From the IMG/VR virus record IMGVR_UViG_3300021560_000031, positions 1-39,596 of that record: a DNA stretch of 39,596 nt; one strand, written 5' to 3'. This document shows positions 7,457 to 18,965 of the stretch, one piece after another (the stretch's first letter is position 1; every line of letters begins with the position of its first letter). The translations under genes and the position numbers were made by a program. Source of the DNA: a virus. Taxonomy: Duplodnaviria > Caudoviricetes. Below the pieces are notes generated by a model. It was given only the letters and a program-made list of their open reading frames with translations, searched no databases and was not told the origin of the DNA.

Positions 7457-8607
7457 AACCGGAACTGATACTTGGAGGACCAGGTACAGGGAAAACTTAC
7501 CAACTAACAGAAAGAGTCAAACGGCTTAATTCTAAAAATTTTGCTTTCTTAGCTTTTACCAAGAGGGCTGCCAATGAAGCCAAACAACGACTCTCCAAGC
7601 ACTTCTCAAAAAATGATTTGGAGAATACAAGGACTATTCATAGCCTTTGTTTTAATTTACTTGATTTACGTCGTCAGCAAGTGGTGAATGATAAGCATCT
7701 AAAGGCTTTTGGCGAACAAAAGGGTTACAGCTTTAAAACAACTACTAATCCAACTCAAATAGCTGATGATAACGATGATTGGTATCATATGACCGAAGAT
7801 GATGTTGAGTACCGTAAATTGCAAATAGCTGAAGCTAAGATGGAAACCCCTGATGTATTTGATGTAAGCATGCTCAGATCTTATATGCAATTTAAAACCG
7901 AGAATAATTTAGTTGACTATAATGATATGTTAAAAATGGCATTAGCTGACGATGTACGATTTCCTGTATTAGACTTACTTTGTGTAGATGAATTACAAGA
8001 TTTAACTCCATTACAGATGCAGGTAATATATAAACTAATACATGGAGCTAAACATACTGTATTTGCCGGAGATGGCAACCAAATGATATTTGAATGGGCT
8101 GGGGTTGATCGCAAGGAGTATTTAAGCCTAGTTGATCAGTGCGATGTTGATGTATTAGTTAAAAACTATCGATTACCCACTGGAATAAACGGTAAGGCTC
8201 ACAATATATTAACTGATTCACACACTTTTAGAGAGGATGATGGATCAGTTTACCATATATCACCGACATTTCAATTGAATGAGCCATATTTAGTGTTGGC
8301 TAGACATAGACATATACTGAGTAGAAGAAAAGCTGAATTAGAAGATTATGGAATGCCAGAATGGTGTTGGCTCTATGAAAAGGATGAAAATAAAAATAAA
8401 CACATTAAAGTTTATAAATCAACAATACATGGAGCAAAGGGGGCTGAAGTAAATAATGTAGTTATACTTCCTGATGTCAGTCCAGCCGTAGATGATAATC
8501 TATATAGCGAAGCCGAACGGAGAGTGTGGTACGTAGGCTTAACCAGGGCAAAAAAGAGACTTGTTATAATGGAGCCAATGACGGATCTATTCTATGACCT
8601 CACCTAG
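7453..8607 (+). CDS. UvrD/Rep-like SF1 helicase (compact)
   Basis: GGPGTGKT, LAFTKRAA, TIHSLC, VDELQD, GDGNQMIF, STIHGAKGAE, ERRVWYVGLTRAK. Confidence 0.92.
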   Translation: MKPELILGGPGTGKTYQLTERVKRLNSKNFAFLAFTKRAANEAKQRLSKHFSKNDLENTRTIHSLCFNLLDLRRQQVVNDKHLKAFGEQKGYSFKTTTNPTQIADDNDDWYHMTEDDVEYRKLQIAEAKMETPDVFDVSMLRSYMQFKTENNLVDYNDMLKMALADDVRFPVLDLLCVDELQDLTPLQMQVIYKLIHGAKHTVFAGDGNQMIFEWAGVDRKEYLSLVDQCDVDVLVKNYRLPTGINGKAHNILTDSHTFREDDGSVYHISPTFQLNEPYLVLARHRHILSRRKAELEDYGMPEWCWLYEKDENKNKHIKVYKSTIHGAKGAEVNNVVILPDVSPAVDDNLYSEAERRVWYVGLTRAKKRLVIMEPMTDLFYDLT

Positions 8608-10288
8608 CTTTAAACGTACAGATGAAACCAAGCGTATCGTAGTAGACATCGAAACCGCAGATCCAGGAATTAAACAGAAAGGGGCTGGTTATGTCAGGGG
8701 TCAGGGTTATATTCTTGGTATTGGTATCAAATGTGATGATCAATCTAGTGAGTATTACCCTATTAGACACCAGGATGCACAAAACGTTGATGCAGGGCAG
8801 GTTTCCGATTATCTTCATAGTATACCTAGCTCAACTTGTATCGTTGGTCATAATATTCTCTATGACGTGGGCTGGTTGAATTACGAGTTTGGCTGGTTTC
8901 CTAAGAATCTTTGTTGCACTCTCTTGACCTCACAATTAGAGAATAATTCACATCATCATCATTCACTCGAATGGCTCAGTAAACATCACGGTATCGGTGA
9001 AAAGATTGAAATTGATCCTAACAAGCTATCATCGATGCCCATGCGAAAGGTAGCTCAGTACTGTTGTCAGGATGTTGAATTAACTGCTAAGCTAGATCGT
9101 AAGCTATGGCAATACAGAGATTCGGAGGCAGCTAAGCGTGAATTTGCTTTAATCCCCATTATGATTAAGATGAAGGCTAAAGGCATTAAGATCGATCTGA
9201 AACGACTTGAACAACTTGAAAAAAGTTTTACTAAGGAGTTTGAACAGAATCAAAGATTGACTGGAATAAATAATATTTGGGCAGCGATGGAAATAGCAAA
9301 ACTATTTAATAATCTAAACCTACCTATCTTTAAAACTAAACCAACTAAGGCTCATCCGCTAGGCATGCCATCATTCCCCGGTTGGTATTTAGAATCATTC
9401 GATCACTTTCAGGTTCAGGCATTATATAGGGCTAGACAATTCCACCGATTAGTTAACACTTTCTGCGTGGGAATCAAGGAGAACCTATGTGGCGAACGTC
9501 TTCACCCTGACTTCTTTAATGGCCGTAGTGAGTATGGAGGTACTGTTACTGGTCGTTTTAGTTCTGCTCATCCCAATGTTCAGCAAATACCCCATCGTAC
9601 TGAAGAAGGAATGCTTCTCCGCTCAGTCTTTCTGCCTAATAATCGGTTTTGGTATAAGTATGATTATAGTCAACAAGAACCCCGTCTCATGCTGCATTAT
9701 GCTTCCAAACTCAATCTTAGAGATATCCAGAAATGGCGAGATTTGTATATTAACCCGAACGCCGACTTCTACGAACCCATACAAAAGTCGATGGGTATTG
9801 AAAGATTTCCAGCGAAAACTATCACCCTGGCTACTTGCTATAATATGGGGTTCCGAAAACTCGCCCGAATGATGCACATTAGCGAAGAACAGGCTCAGCA
9901 GTATCTCATAGCTTATCGCCGTTCGGTGCCTTGGTTAGCCGAACTCAAGCGTTATTGCGAAGCGAGGATCATGGAACGGGGTTTCGTTAAGACTTATGGG
10001 GGCAGACAGTTACACTTACCTAGGGCTAATGCTAGTGATTCCTTTAATCATCTGATTCAGGGTAGCGCTGCCGATCAGATTAAGGAGGCAATGGTCCAGA
10101 TCTATCAAAAGTTTGATTTGGTGCCCATGCTTCAGGTGCACGATGAACTGGCTTATGACTTGGATGAAGGTGAAGTCAACGACGAAAAAGACCTGGCCAT
10201 CAAGGAGGTAATGACCAAAGTATTTCAGTTAGACTTTCCCACCAAAGTGGACATGACACCAGGGCTCAATTGGAGGCAATGTGGGTGA
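8594..10288 (+). CDS. polA: Family A DNA polymerase with 3'-5' exonuclease
   Basis: Exo DIET / GHNILYD / YCCQD; TGRFSS..PN.QQIP; motif A DYSQQEPR; motif B R..AKTITLATCY; motif C QVHDEL. Confidence 0.95.
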   Translation: MTSPSFKRTDETKRIVVDIETADPGIKQKGAGYVRGQGYILGIGIKCDDQSSEYYPIRHQDAQNVDAGQVSDYLHSIPSSTCIVGHNILYDVGWLNYEFGWFPKNLCCTLLTSQLENNSHHHHSLEWLSKHHGIGEKIEIDPNKLSSMPMRKVAQYCCQDVELTAKLDRKLWQYRDSEAAKREFALIPIMIKMKAKGIKIDLKRLEQLEKSFTKEFEQNQRLTGINNIWAAMEIAKLFNNLNLPIFKTKPTKAHPLGMPSFPGWYLESFDHFQVQALYRARQFHRLVNTFCVGIKENLCGERLHPDFFNGRSEYGGTVTGRFSSAHPNVQQIPHRTEEGMLLRSVFLPNNRFWYKYDYSQQEPRLMLHYASKLNLRDIQKWRDLYINPNADFYEPIQKSMGIERFPAKTITLATCYNMGFRKLARMMHISEEQAQQYLIAYRRSVPWLAELKRYCEARIMERGFVKTYGGRQLHLPRANASDSFNHLIQGSAADQIKEAMVQIYQKFDLVPMLQVHDELAYDLDEGEVNDEKDLAIKEVMTKVFQLDFPTKVDMTPGLNWRQCG

Positions 10289-10385
10289 AAAACTAGCAAC
10301 CATATTAGTGATAATTTCACTTATTGCTTTTTTTATAATCTCTGCTTGGCAGATTGTCTGGCTAATCAGGAGGCAATGCGGATGA
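10281..10385 (+). CDS. Unannotated 34-aa single-TM microprotein MGEKLATILVIISLIAFFIISAWQIVWLIRRQCG
   Basis: SD GGAGG, GTG overlapping the polA stop, hydrophobic helix followed by RR. Confidence 0.6.
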   Translation: MGEKLATILVIISLIAFFIISAWQIVWLIRRQCG

Positions 10386-10456
10386 GATGGTATAAACGGC
10401 TACGACTCAAAAGACTATATCGTCGATATTTACCTAGAAGAAGGAGAAAGAGATAA
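10382..10456 (+). CDS. Unannotated 24-aa Arg-rich peptide MRWYKRLRLKRLYRRYLPRRRRKR
   Basis: SD AGGAGG; ATGA overlap upstream and TAATG overlap downstream. Confidence 0.55.
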   Translation: MRWYKRLRLKRLYRRYLPRRRRKR

Positions 10457-10656
10457 TGGCCGTAAACCAGGCTGACTTGGAATATCTAGAGGAGATCATT
10501 AACTACTGTTTTGACCATCCTAAGCTAAGCCCTTGGGAGAAGAAATTCATGACTGATATGAAGCAGCGTTTCGATCAGTACAAGGAACGGATCATGGTGA
10601 GTGAAAAGCAATGGGCTGTGCTCGAAAGGATCTATGATGCCTGTCAAACTGTATAA
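10456..10656 (+). CDS. Small conserved phage protein, 66 aa
   Basis: L..WE..F...........SEKQ...L..I pattern; SD AAGGAG. Confidence 0.75.
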   Translation: MAVNQADLEYLEEIINYCFDHPKLSPWEKKFMTDMKQRFDQYKERIMVSEKQWAVLERIYDACQTV

Positions 10657-12043
10657 ACACCAGGAAAAAGCTTTAAATTTATCTAAAGATCTAGATGCTT
10701 ATGCGTGGTTTTTGGAAACAGGTACCGGTAAAACCATTGTCAGTTATGAAAATATCAGCCATCTATATACACAAAAGAAAATCCAGGGTGTTATTGTTAC
10801 TGCACCTAAGACAGTATTAAGACCAGTCTGGGTTGAGACTTTAGAAAAATATTACATGAATTTAAATCATTATCTATTTCAATGGATCGGAGGCATGTCA
10901 GAAAACCAGGCACAGTTACTTGAGTATGCCTATCAGAATCCTTATCAACGTTTATATCTATTCTTAATAAATATCGAAGCATTCTCTCATAAAAGAATAT
11001 TTCCCTATGTTAAAAATTTTGCCACCAAATTAAAGACCCTTTGGATTATTGATGAATCTACCACAATCAAGACCCCTAAAGCAATCCGAACCAAGCAAAT
11101 AATAGCTCTATCACAGTTAGCAAGGTATCGACGGATATTGACAGGGTTTCCCATATTGAAGTCACCAGAAGACTTATATAGTCAAATACAGTTCTTAGGA
11201 AATAATCTAATCCCATATCGTTCCTTTTACGCCTTCCGCAATGACTTCTGCTACACCAGACAACTAGACAACCGAGTCACTATCACTACTGGACCGAAGA
11301 ACCTAACGCGGTTGCAAGAAATAATAGCACCATTCTCTATTAGGATTTTGAAGAAAGACTGTTTGGACTTACCCGACAAGTTGCACACTATACGCAGTGT
11401 CGAGATGACTGCCGAGCAATCCCGCTACTACAACCAAATGAAGGAGCAAGGTTATGTCGAACTTAAGAAAACCAATAAGAAGATTTTCGCCTCAACCTTA
11501 CTGGTTCAGTTGGAACGTCTACATCAAATTGCTAACGGCCTTCTTATTACCAGTGGCACTTTTATTAGTTGTGAGAAATATTCTGTTCTAGCCGAAATTA
11601 TAGAAAATGAAATAGGTGATCGACAGTTTGTAGTATGGGCTAACTACATAATGAACATAGAAATGATTCATACTAGTCTACAAGATAAAAATATCAAAAC
11701 TCAAAAAATCTACGGTAACACTGGCGTAGCCGAACGCACTAAATATATTGAACTATTTGTTCAAGGTAAGCTTCAAGGTTTAGTTTGTAATCCGGCCACG
11801 GCGATGCATGGGCTTAATTTAGTGCAAGCTTCCACTGCCATCTACTTCAGCAATTCTTTTCATCTGGAACATAGAATTCAATCGGAAGATCGTCTGCATC
11901 GTATAGGACAACACAATAAGGTGCTATATATTGATTTGCTGACTGAGCGTACAATCGAAGCACGAGTTCTAAGTCAGTTACAGTTAAAACATAATATAGG
12001 CGCACAGGCTCTCGGTGATGAGTGGGAGTCATGGTTTAATTAG
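10634..12043 (+). CDS. SNF2-family (SF2) helicase
   Basis: ETGTGKT, IIDEST.IK, LTG.P......DLYSQ..FL, HGLNL..A, QSEDRLHRIGQ. Confidence 0.92.
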   Translation: MMPVKLYKHQEKALNLSKDLDAYAWFLETGTGKTIVSYENISHLYTQKKIQGVIVTAPKTVLRPVWVETLEKYYMNLNHYLFQWIGGMSENQAQLLEYAYQNPYQRLYLFLINIEAFSHKRIFPYVKNFATKLKTLWIIDESTTIKTPKAIRTKQIIALSQLARYRRILTGFPILKSPEDLYSQIQFLGNNLIPYRSFYAFRNDFCYTRQLDNRVTITTGPKNLTRLQEIIAPFSIRILKKDCLDLPDKLHTIRSVEMTAEQSRYYNQMKEQGYVELKKTNKKIFASTLLVQLERLHQIANGLLITSGTFISCEKYSVLAEIIENEIGDRQFVVWANYIMNIEMIHTSLQDKNIKTQKIYGNTGVAERTKYIELFVQGKLQGLVCNPATAMHGLNLVQASTAIYFSNSFHLEHRIQSEDRLHRIGQHNKVLYIDLLTERTIEARVLSQLQLKHNIGAQALGDEWESWFN

Positions 12044-14819
12044 GACACCTACCACCAATATCACTAGCTAGGGGTCCGGCATAAGGGCTGCTAGAATTAC
12101 CAAAGCACATAACTCCGACTTCATATACCGGTATGGTTCCACTATCGGCTACACCATAGCCGGTGTTGCCTTGCATGAAACCACCAGTAAGTTGTTTGTA
12201 TCCTGGTGAGCTACCAGTGAACACTACGCCACTGGCTCCATTTAGTTTAACCTGGTTATTATTATATTGGACATTGTAATTCGATTGATCATAGATACCG
12301 TAGCTAGCGTTAGAAGAGATAACATTATTGCTGATAATGATTGGACCAATATTGGTTGGTCCTAATATAATTCCAATACCATAACCACCTGGAGGGGTAC
12401 AGCCAGAGATTCTACCACCAAATTCTTGGTAGCCATTAGTCACCGAATAATCACCACCAGCAGTGTCTAATAGGATACCGGCTAAACAGTCACCACTAGA
12501 AGTCCATCCCACAATTTGTCCATCATAGATACCAGTACCAGGAGCACCACCACCCTGAATAAATATACCATACTGGTGATTATTCCAGGTATAAGGGTGT
12601 ATCCATGGTGCTAAATTATTAAAGGTGCCAGTGGTGTTAACCGCATGAAAACCACTGCCACCATTACTGACTGATAAGACATCGGTAATGTTCCACTGTT
12701 CAGCACCAACCAAAGAATTCATGAGGATACCATCAACTATATTCTGACCGATGATATCATACTGTATTCTACCATAGGATGCCCCATGTAGATCAAGACC
12801 ATAGTAACTTTTTTGCTCCCAGATATATTCGATAACTGGATTATCCGCATCATTATTAACTACGATACCATCACCACCAGAAACTGCTGTGACTGTGCGA
12901 GTTAGTCTAATATGGGATAGTCTAAACTGATGAACATTTACTGAGATTTGAGGTAAATTAGCTACATTCATCTGTAGACCAGACATATCTTGGCCGATAA
13001 TACAGCCACCTTCGATATTTATGGTGAGTGGTTGATTAACCACGCAAAGTCCTGTAGGAAGTAAGACGCAAGCCGATGGTCGTGCATTAAGAGTAGACAT
13101 AACAGAAGGATTGTTAGTAACAAATGCAGCAGTATCATCTGTAGTACCGTCACATTTGGCTCCATAGGCATAAGGATGGATTAAGTCATTAACATTCACC
13201 CCAGTAATATAGTCACCGGCACCCGATAGACCATTCATCCCAAGGGCACCATAGGCATGAAAATTTTTAAGAGTCTGGCTGACCGATGGACTCGGCAAAG
13301 TTGGAGTAGGGGTTGCTGTAGGAGTAGGTCCAGGAGGAGTAGGAGAAGTCCCAGGAGTTGGAGTAGCCCCTGTATTTACTCCAGCATAGGCTCCGATATT
13401 ACTATTACCAGTTAGTGATGGATTACCAACGCCAATTAGTGGCGAAGTATTTTGATAGTTAAAGTTACCTGCCGCAGCATTAACGTATTGTGGATTAACT
13501 GCATTGACTTCGTGGGTATTCAGGGTTGCGCCACTGCAGCCATTTAAACCAGTGCCACCCTGAGAACCACCCATATCGTTATAGTCTTGAGTACAGGAAG
13601 AATACCAAGAACTTAAAGATGATGGCATATTAACAGTTGGAACCGTACCAGCAGCACTACCGACATCAAACACATTATTTTGAATATCAATACTGCCGGG
13701 GTTAAAAGTTCCAGTGCTGCTGCCAGTACAGTTAAAATCAGCAACTGGACCGTAACCACTCGATGAAGTAGAATAGAAAGTATTATTATAAATTTTGTAG
13801 GTATGACTAACCGTAGCTGCCGAGATGGCACCACCTAGACAGATATGGATACCCCCGCTCATATCATAGGAAACATTACCCGACCACAGTATGTTAGAGT
13901 TAGGGTTAATGCCATTTTCTGTATAATAGGCGACGGCACAGCCCGTGTACAGGGTACAGAGACCTTCGGCTTGACCACCTTGAACCGTGTTATTGGTAAT
14001 TTGAGCTTGCCGACCAGTGCCACCAATCCCTTTAACATCGATGAAGCCATGGATACAGCCGGGACCAATCGTGTTGCTCTGGATTACCGATGCACCACCG
14101 TCGTAGTGAACTTCAAGGCAATTCCAGCCACCGGTGTATTTGACGGTATTATTAATCATGCTAACCCCGTCATTATACATCACACCAGTACCACCACCAG
14201 TATCTTCGAAGTCTAATTGATTATCATAAGACACTGATGATCCAGCACAAGCGCCAGTAGTATTGGAACAGCCGGGTCCAGTATTATGGATATAGTTACC
14301 GGAGAAGGTAACGTTGGTAATAGTACCCCTATAGGACTGAAAGGTGAGTGCCTGAATTAGTGCTCCTTTGATTTCGAAGCCGGTGATAGTGACATAGCTT
14401 ATATTCTGGGTGGTCGGTATCGCCGGTGGTGGGGTGGTAGCTCCAGCTGCTACACCAAAATTAGCCGTATTATTAGCATTTAATACCGGATAACCCGTAC
14501 CAAAACCATTACAGGCACCAAGAACTATAGGATTAGCGGCAGTGCCATTCATGCCACTTATATCTAATTCGGCATCATTGACTCCAGCCGTATTTGAAGT
14601 CGAAGTCCAAGTATCGCCACCCTTAAAACATACTATAGTACCAGGTGCTGCCTTACCGTTCATCAAGGCAATGTTTACTTTATTAACGGTTTTCCATGGT
14701 AGATTTGCTGCTAGACCGGTGTAGCCATCGTTACCGCTAGAGCTACTAACATAGTAAGTGGCCGACCAAGCCGGAGTGGCAATGAGTAGAGCAATCAGTA
14801 AAAACAGTTTATTAATCAC
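12036..14819 (-). CDS. Signal-peptide protein with two right-handed beta-helix (pectin-lyase-like) domains joined by a Pro/Thr linker
   Basis: GTG 14819 with SD AAGGGG gives [31 protein letters not shown]; Asn/Gly-rich beta-helix repeats; PTPTATPTP linker; [15 protein letters not shown] tailspike-type motif. Confidence 0.8.
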   Translation of the reverse strand: MINKLFLLIALLIATPAWSATYYVSSSSGNDGYTGLAANLPWKTVNKVNIALMNGKAAPGTIVCFKGGDTWTSTSNTAGVNDAELDISGMNGTAANPIVLGACNGFGTGYPVLNANNTANFGVAAGATTPPPAIPTTQNISYVTITGFEIKGALIQALTFQSYRGTITNVTFSGNYIHNTGPGCSNTTGACAGSSVSYDNQLDFEDTGGGTGVMYNDGVSMINNTVKYTGGWNCLEVHYDGGASVIQSNTIGPGCIHGFIDVKGIGGTGRQAQITNNTVQGGQAEGLCTLYTGCAVAYYTENGINPNSNILWSGNVSYDMSGGIHICLGGAISAATVSHTYKIYNNTFYSTSSSGYGPVADFNCTGSSTGTFNPGSIDIQNNVFDVGSAAGTVPTVNMPSSLSSWYSSCTQDYNDMGGSQGGTGLNGCSGATLNTHEVNAVNPQYVNAAAGNFNYQNTSPLIGVGNPSLTGNSNIGAYAGVNTGATPTPGTSPTPPGPTPTATPTPTLPSPSVSQTLKNFHAYGALGMNGLSGAGDYITGVNVNDLIHPYAYGAKCDGTTDDTAAFVTNNPSVMSTLNARPSACVLLPTGLCVVNQPLTINIEGGCIIGQDMSGLQMNVANLPQISVNVHQFRLSHIRLTRTVTAVSGGDGIVVNNDADNPVIEYIWEQKSYYGLDLHGASYGRIQYDIIGQNIVDGILMNSLVGAEQWNITDVLSVSNGGSGFHAVNTTGTFNNLAPWIHPYTWNNHQYGIFIQGGGAPGTGIYDGQIVGWTSSGDCLAGILLDTAGGDYSVTNGYQEFGGRISGCTPPGGYGIGIILGPTNIGPIIISNNVISSNASYGIYDQSNYNVQYNNNQVKLNGASGVVFTGSSPGYKQLTGGFMQGNTGYGVADSGTIPVYEVGVMCFGNSSSPYAGPLASDIGGRCPN

Positions 14820-16569
14820 CGATGATCCCCTTAGTTTTCCAGCCATAACCGGTACAGTAGACCCACCCTTCCGGTCCAGTAGGAACAGGATTAGAATTCA
14901 TATAGTAATTGCCGGCAGTATAACTACCTCCTCCTGGTGGTGTGGCAGGGATCGTTGGAATACCACTAACATAACCCATAAAGTTCGGATCACCACCAGC
15001 ACCAGCCGGTCCAGTGGGTCCTTGAGGTCCTGTTGGTCCAGTCAATCCAGTCGGTCCCTGAGGTCCCGGTGGTCCAATTGATCCAGTAGGTCCTTGTGGT
15101 CCTTGAGCACCAGTAGCCCCAGTCGAACCCTGAGGTCCTACTGGCCCCGTGGCACCAGCTTGGGCTATGATAGTCCAGGTGGTAGGATCGGTGCCGGGAA
15201 CTACATTGGTGTTAGCCTTAAGTGCTAAATAGGATGAACCCAGATAGACTACGGTATCATTAATCGCATAGGCATTGGTCGATAACCACGAACCGCGATA
15301 ATTCGGCGTAGCTCCGGGAGGTCCTTGTGGTCCAGTGGGGCCGGTAGCACCTATTGGTCCTTGTGGTCCGGTAGCTCCAGTAGCACCCGTGGCTCCGGTA
15401 GCGCCTGTCGGTCCAGCCGGTCCAGCGGTACCTTGTGGTCCAACTGGTCCCACTGCACCAGCTTGGGCTATTAATTGCCATCTGGTTGGATTAGTATCGG
15501 GTGGAGCATTGGTACTGGCTAGTAGGGCAATATAAGAAGAACCATTATAGGTAACCGAGTCATTGACATTATATGAAGTAGCCGATGACCAAGTACCACG
15601 CCAATTAGGGGTAGCTCCGGGAGGTCCGGCTGGTCCTGTAGGTCCTGCTGGTCCAGTTGCACCAGTGGGTCCAGTGGGTCCGGTAGCTCCGACTGGTCCG
15701 GCTGGCCCTGCTGCTCCGGTAGCACCAGTGGCTCCTGGTGCTCCACTAGCACCCTGAGGTCCAGTAGGTCCAGTGGCACCGGCTGCTGCTATTAATTGCC
15801 ATATTGCCGGATTAGAGCCAGGAGCTACATTGGTACTACCGGCTAAGGCTATATAGGAGGAGCCTTGATAGGTTACTGAATCGTTAATTACGTAAGCAGT
15901 AGTAGACGACCAAGAACCTCTCCAATTAGGTGTGGCTCCGGGAGCACCAGCCGGTCCAACTGGTCCCTGTATACCCTGAGAACCCTGTGGTCCGGTGGCT
16001 CCGGTGGCACCGGTCGCACCTGTGGCTCCGGTGGGTCCAGTGGCTCCAACTGGTCCTTGTGGTCCTGGAGGTCCAGGCGGTCCGGTGGCTCCCTGTTGGG
16101 CAGCAGTGCCGGGAATACCTTGAATACCTTGTGGTCCTGGTTGTCCCTGCGGTCCTATCGGTCCCTGCGGTCCTGGAGCACCTTGCGGACCCATCTGACC
16201 AGCATTATCTTGAATCTCTAGGGTGAGTTTATCGATAACATGATTTAAAGTATTAGCATCGATAACACTGTTGTTGTAGAATCGGACGATCTGGTTCTCA
16301 GGAGTCTTACGAATAATACTGAGAGTCAGATTAGCCGGTGGAACAACAACGAAGACAACATTACCACCGGTATCATAATCACCATAGAGATTGGGGGTGC
16401 CAACGATATTGTAATCGGTGTTTAACTGATAATTGATAACGTTATTGGCATGATCAATACTATAAACCGATAGATCTTGCGGTTCAATAAAATAAAATGG
16501 TATCGGAAAAGATGTCAGATGGCCGTCGGTTACGTAGGAGACGTTGTTAACCGTGTTCTGGACTGGCAT
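14812..16569 (-). CDS. Tail fibre: T7-like N-terminal anchor, collagen G-X-Y blocks, three CBM5/12-like modules
   Basis: TDG..TSF.IPF.F....DL.V and DKLT...Q anchor motifs; three W/YRG.W....Y..ND.V.Y.GSSY.AL...TN..P....W repeats. Confidence 0.85.
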   Translation of the reverse strand: MPVQNTVNNVSYVTDGHLTSFPIPFYFIEPQDLSVYSIDHANNVINYQLNTDYNIVGTPNLYGDYDTGGNVVFVVVPPANLTLSIIRKTPENQIVRFYNNSVIDANTLNHVIDKLTLEIQDNAGQMGPQGAPGPQGPIGPQGQPGPQGIQGIPGTAAQQGATGPPGPPGPQGPVGATGPTGATGATGATGATGPQGSQGIQGPVGPAGAPGATPNWRGSWSSTTAYVINDSVTYQGSSYIALAGSTNVAPGSNPAIWQLIAAAGATGPTGPQGASGAPGATGATGAAGPAGPVGATGPTGPTGATGPAGPTGPAGPPGATPNWRGTWSSATSYNVNDSVTYNGSSYIALLASTNAPPDTNPTRWQLIAQAGAVGPVGPQGTAGPAGPTGATGATGATGATGPQGPIGATGPTGPQGPPGATPNYRGSWLSTNAYAINDTVVYLGSSYLALKANTNVVPGTDPTTWTIIAQAGATGPVGPQGSTGATGAQGPQGPTGSIGPPGPQGPTGLTGPTGPQGPTGPAGAGGDPNFMGYVSGIPTIPATPPGGGSYTAGNYYMNSNPVPTGPEGWVYCTGYGWKTKGIIGD

Positions 16570-18965
16570 TATTGCTCCTCGTAGGTGCTCTTAAATGCCT
16601 CGGGACCTCGCAGTTTAAATATCTGTCTCTGTTTATCTGCATATTGCTGTCTTAATCCAGGATATTTTCGACTAATATAAGCTTGACCAGCCGATATATA
16701 GCCACTCTGAAGTCCTTCTAGTTGTTGTTTTCTACTAGCAGGATCCATTCGTTGATAAATAGAGCTCTGAATCATTTTAAGTTTTCGATCATGGAGATCT
16801 AGACCACCGGGTTTATATTCATGACCGGCATAATCAGCTAATTCTTTCTGTTGTTGCGGCGATAGTGCAATACTAGCATTGGGATCAAACTTAGCACCGG
16901 GTTCAGGATTCTCAAAGTAAGCTGTAGGCCATTTGAGGGGCTGCATACCCAGTTTCCACTGCTCTTCGTCTACCGGATCTGGTTTCAAATCGGGGTAAGT
17001 AGGAAATGGATTAATCTGATTAGCTAGATAATGTAATTTAGATACTCCACCCGTAGCATCGTAGGCCCCACTCGGATGAACATCATGACCATATTCATCT
17101 TGTTTAGCCGGTACGCTAAATGAAGTTGGTAGACCTAAATGTTTACCCCAACCTGGAACATTTTCGGCAAAATTATCTTTTAAGGTTTTAGCATCATGAA
17201 TTACTGGATCTTCGATTTGAGCCTCTTCTCTAATCGGTGAAGGTTGGAAAGAAGTTCCCAATCTAGATAAGAATTCTTTACCAGTCTGATCTAAACCACC
17301 TTGTTTAAATGAATCGAGTGTATGTAACAGATTAAATGTTTCTTCCCAAAATGGAGCATGTTCGGCCTGCTGTACAAATACTTTGCCAACCGTGTCAATT
17401 AATCGCTGCATTTGATCAGGTTGTTGGCTGCCATGATACATTTCAGTAGAGTCAGCCGCTAAAGAAATTATTTCGGCAAATGGTCCTAAATTTTTATAGC
17501 TATACCAACTACCTCCTACTCGAATGCTTCTTGGATGTTTATAGCCAGGCCACTGCTCTTTGCCTGGACCTGATGGACCGTCTCCAGTAATATTGCCTCG
17601 GGCAGTCTGTTCGGCGAGTTCATAGTATATAGCCGAACCTACTACAAATTTGCCCATAGCAACATTCTGTTCGAGATCACCCTTCCATAGCCAAGACAGA
17701 TTGAGTGGAGATATTTCCAGACCGGCTTTCATCAGATTTATCGGAGTCCTAAAGAACGGTACTGCTACCCGTACTCCAGGTATTCGTCTGCCTTGTTGTA
17801 ACCACTGCATAATTACATTACCTTGATCAGTAAAGGTAGACTTCATCATGCCTTGAGTAGCTGATTCATGTAACCAATCAGGCGTATGATTATATAGTTC
17901 TTCCTGCCACAAATCGGCAAAATGGTATTTAGCGGCACCAACTAAGCCACGTTGTTCGGCCTGCTCTAGGCCATCACGAAAGGCTCCCATCCTGATTTCA
18001 CCAGAATAGGCCATTGCCTTAGCAAATTGATCGGCACCCATAATCATCCGAGTGCCATAGCCATAAGCAGCACTCAAAGAATCAGTAAACGAATGAAGAA
18101 ATCGAAGACCAGATGCATGCTCCGAATCGATCCAGGCTTTTTCCGATTCACCGGCATAAGTAAGAGCCTTATCATCCCATCCTAAGGTCCTAAGGAATTC
18201 AGGTTCACCAGTCTTAGCCGATTGGATGCCATATCTAAGAGCATCCTTGAAAGTCATTCGATAGGCTTGTAAAGCCGATAGGGTAGTCTTAACTCCATCC
18301 ATCATCCCCTGTTCCTGGCCTACTCCGATGCCCTTAAAGACAGCCTGTACTGGAAGATTGATAGTATCAGTAAGAAGCTTCTGTAAAGAAATACGAGGAT
18401 TCATCAACATCGCCTTGACTTGGGCCGAATGCAAATAACCCTCGCCCTTCATCAATATTTTATTGAAATCATTAAATTTTATTTCAGTATCCTTTTTACC
18501 AGTCCCACCTAACATTTTTTGAAAATTCTTATAGGCTCTGGCAGAAGCCTCTTCGGTTCCTTTAAAAATTTCTGCTTGAGTCGCTTGTGAACCAAATTCC
18601 TTCTGGGCTGCCTCTATGCCCTCCCGACTAAAACCTTTTTGAATTAGACTGGTTACGGCTTCTGGATCTCCACCTAAGGCTCCAACGGCCCCACCAAGTA
18701 ATTCCACTAAAGACTGTAGATTCTCGTGTCCCTGCGGTAAAAGAAGTCTTCCTAATTTTTCTCCGCCAATTTGTCCTACTGTTGCTTCGGGCCACACAAT
18801 TGAAAATAAACCTTGCAATAATGTACCAAAACCACCACCGGGCTTACCAAGCACTCCTTCTTCGGCAGTCTGCAATCGCTGAGCTATGCCTGGTCGATAT
18901 TGTTGTTGCTTTTCATTGATACGCTTAGCTTCGTGATATCTATATCTATCTAAGATGTCAGTCAT
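16569..18965 (-). CDS. Large internal virion (ejection) protein
   Basis: [23 protein letters not shown] and W.SY..L.PF motifs; position before the tail fibre. Confidence 0.7.
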   Translation of the reverse strand: MTDILDRYRYHEAKRINEKQQQYRPGIAQRLQTAEEGVLGKPGGGFGTLLQGLFSIVWPEATVGQIGGEKLGRLLLPQGHENLQSLVELLGGAVGALGGDPEAVTSLIQKGFSREGIEAAQKEFGSQATQAEIFKGTEEASARAYKNFQKMLGGTGKKDTEIKFNDFNKILMKGEGYLHSAQVKAMLMNPRISLQKLLTDTINLPVQAVFKGIGVGQEQGMMDGVKTTLSALQAYRMTFKDALRYGIQSAKTGEPEFLRTLGWDDKALTYAGESEKAWIDSEHASGLRFLHSFTDSLSAAYGYGTRMIMGADQFAKAMAYSGEIRMGAFRDGLEQAEQRGLVGAAKYHFADLWQEELYNHTPDWLHESATQGMMKSTFTDQGNVIMQWLQQGRRIPGVRVAVPFFRTPINLMKAGLEISPLNLSWLWKGDLEQNVAMGKFVVGSAIYYELAEQTARGNITGDGPSGPGKEQWPGYKHPRSIRVGGSWYSYKNLGPFAEIISLAADSTEMYHGSQQPDQMQRLIDTVGKVFVQQAEHAPFWEETFNLLHTLDSFKQGGLDQTGKEFLSRLGTSFQPSPIREEAQIEDPVIHDAKTLKDNFAENVPGWGKHLGLPTSFSVPAKQDEYGHDVHPSGAYDATGGVSKLHYLANQINPFPTYPDLKPDPVDEEQWKLGMQPLKWPTAYFENPEPGAKFDPNASIALSPQQQKELADYAGHEYKPGGLDLHDRKLKMIQSSIYQRMDPASRKQQLEGLQSGYISAGQAYISRKYPGLRQQYADKQRQIFKLRGPEAFKSTYEEQ

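Noticed and set aside
12036-16569. Diversity-generating retroelement, suggested by the BPP-1-like virion module
   Set aside because: No reverse transcriptase, and I saw no adenine-mismatched TR/VR pair
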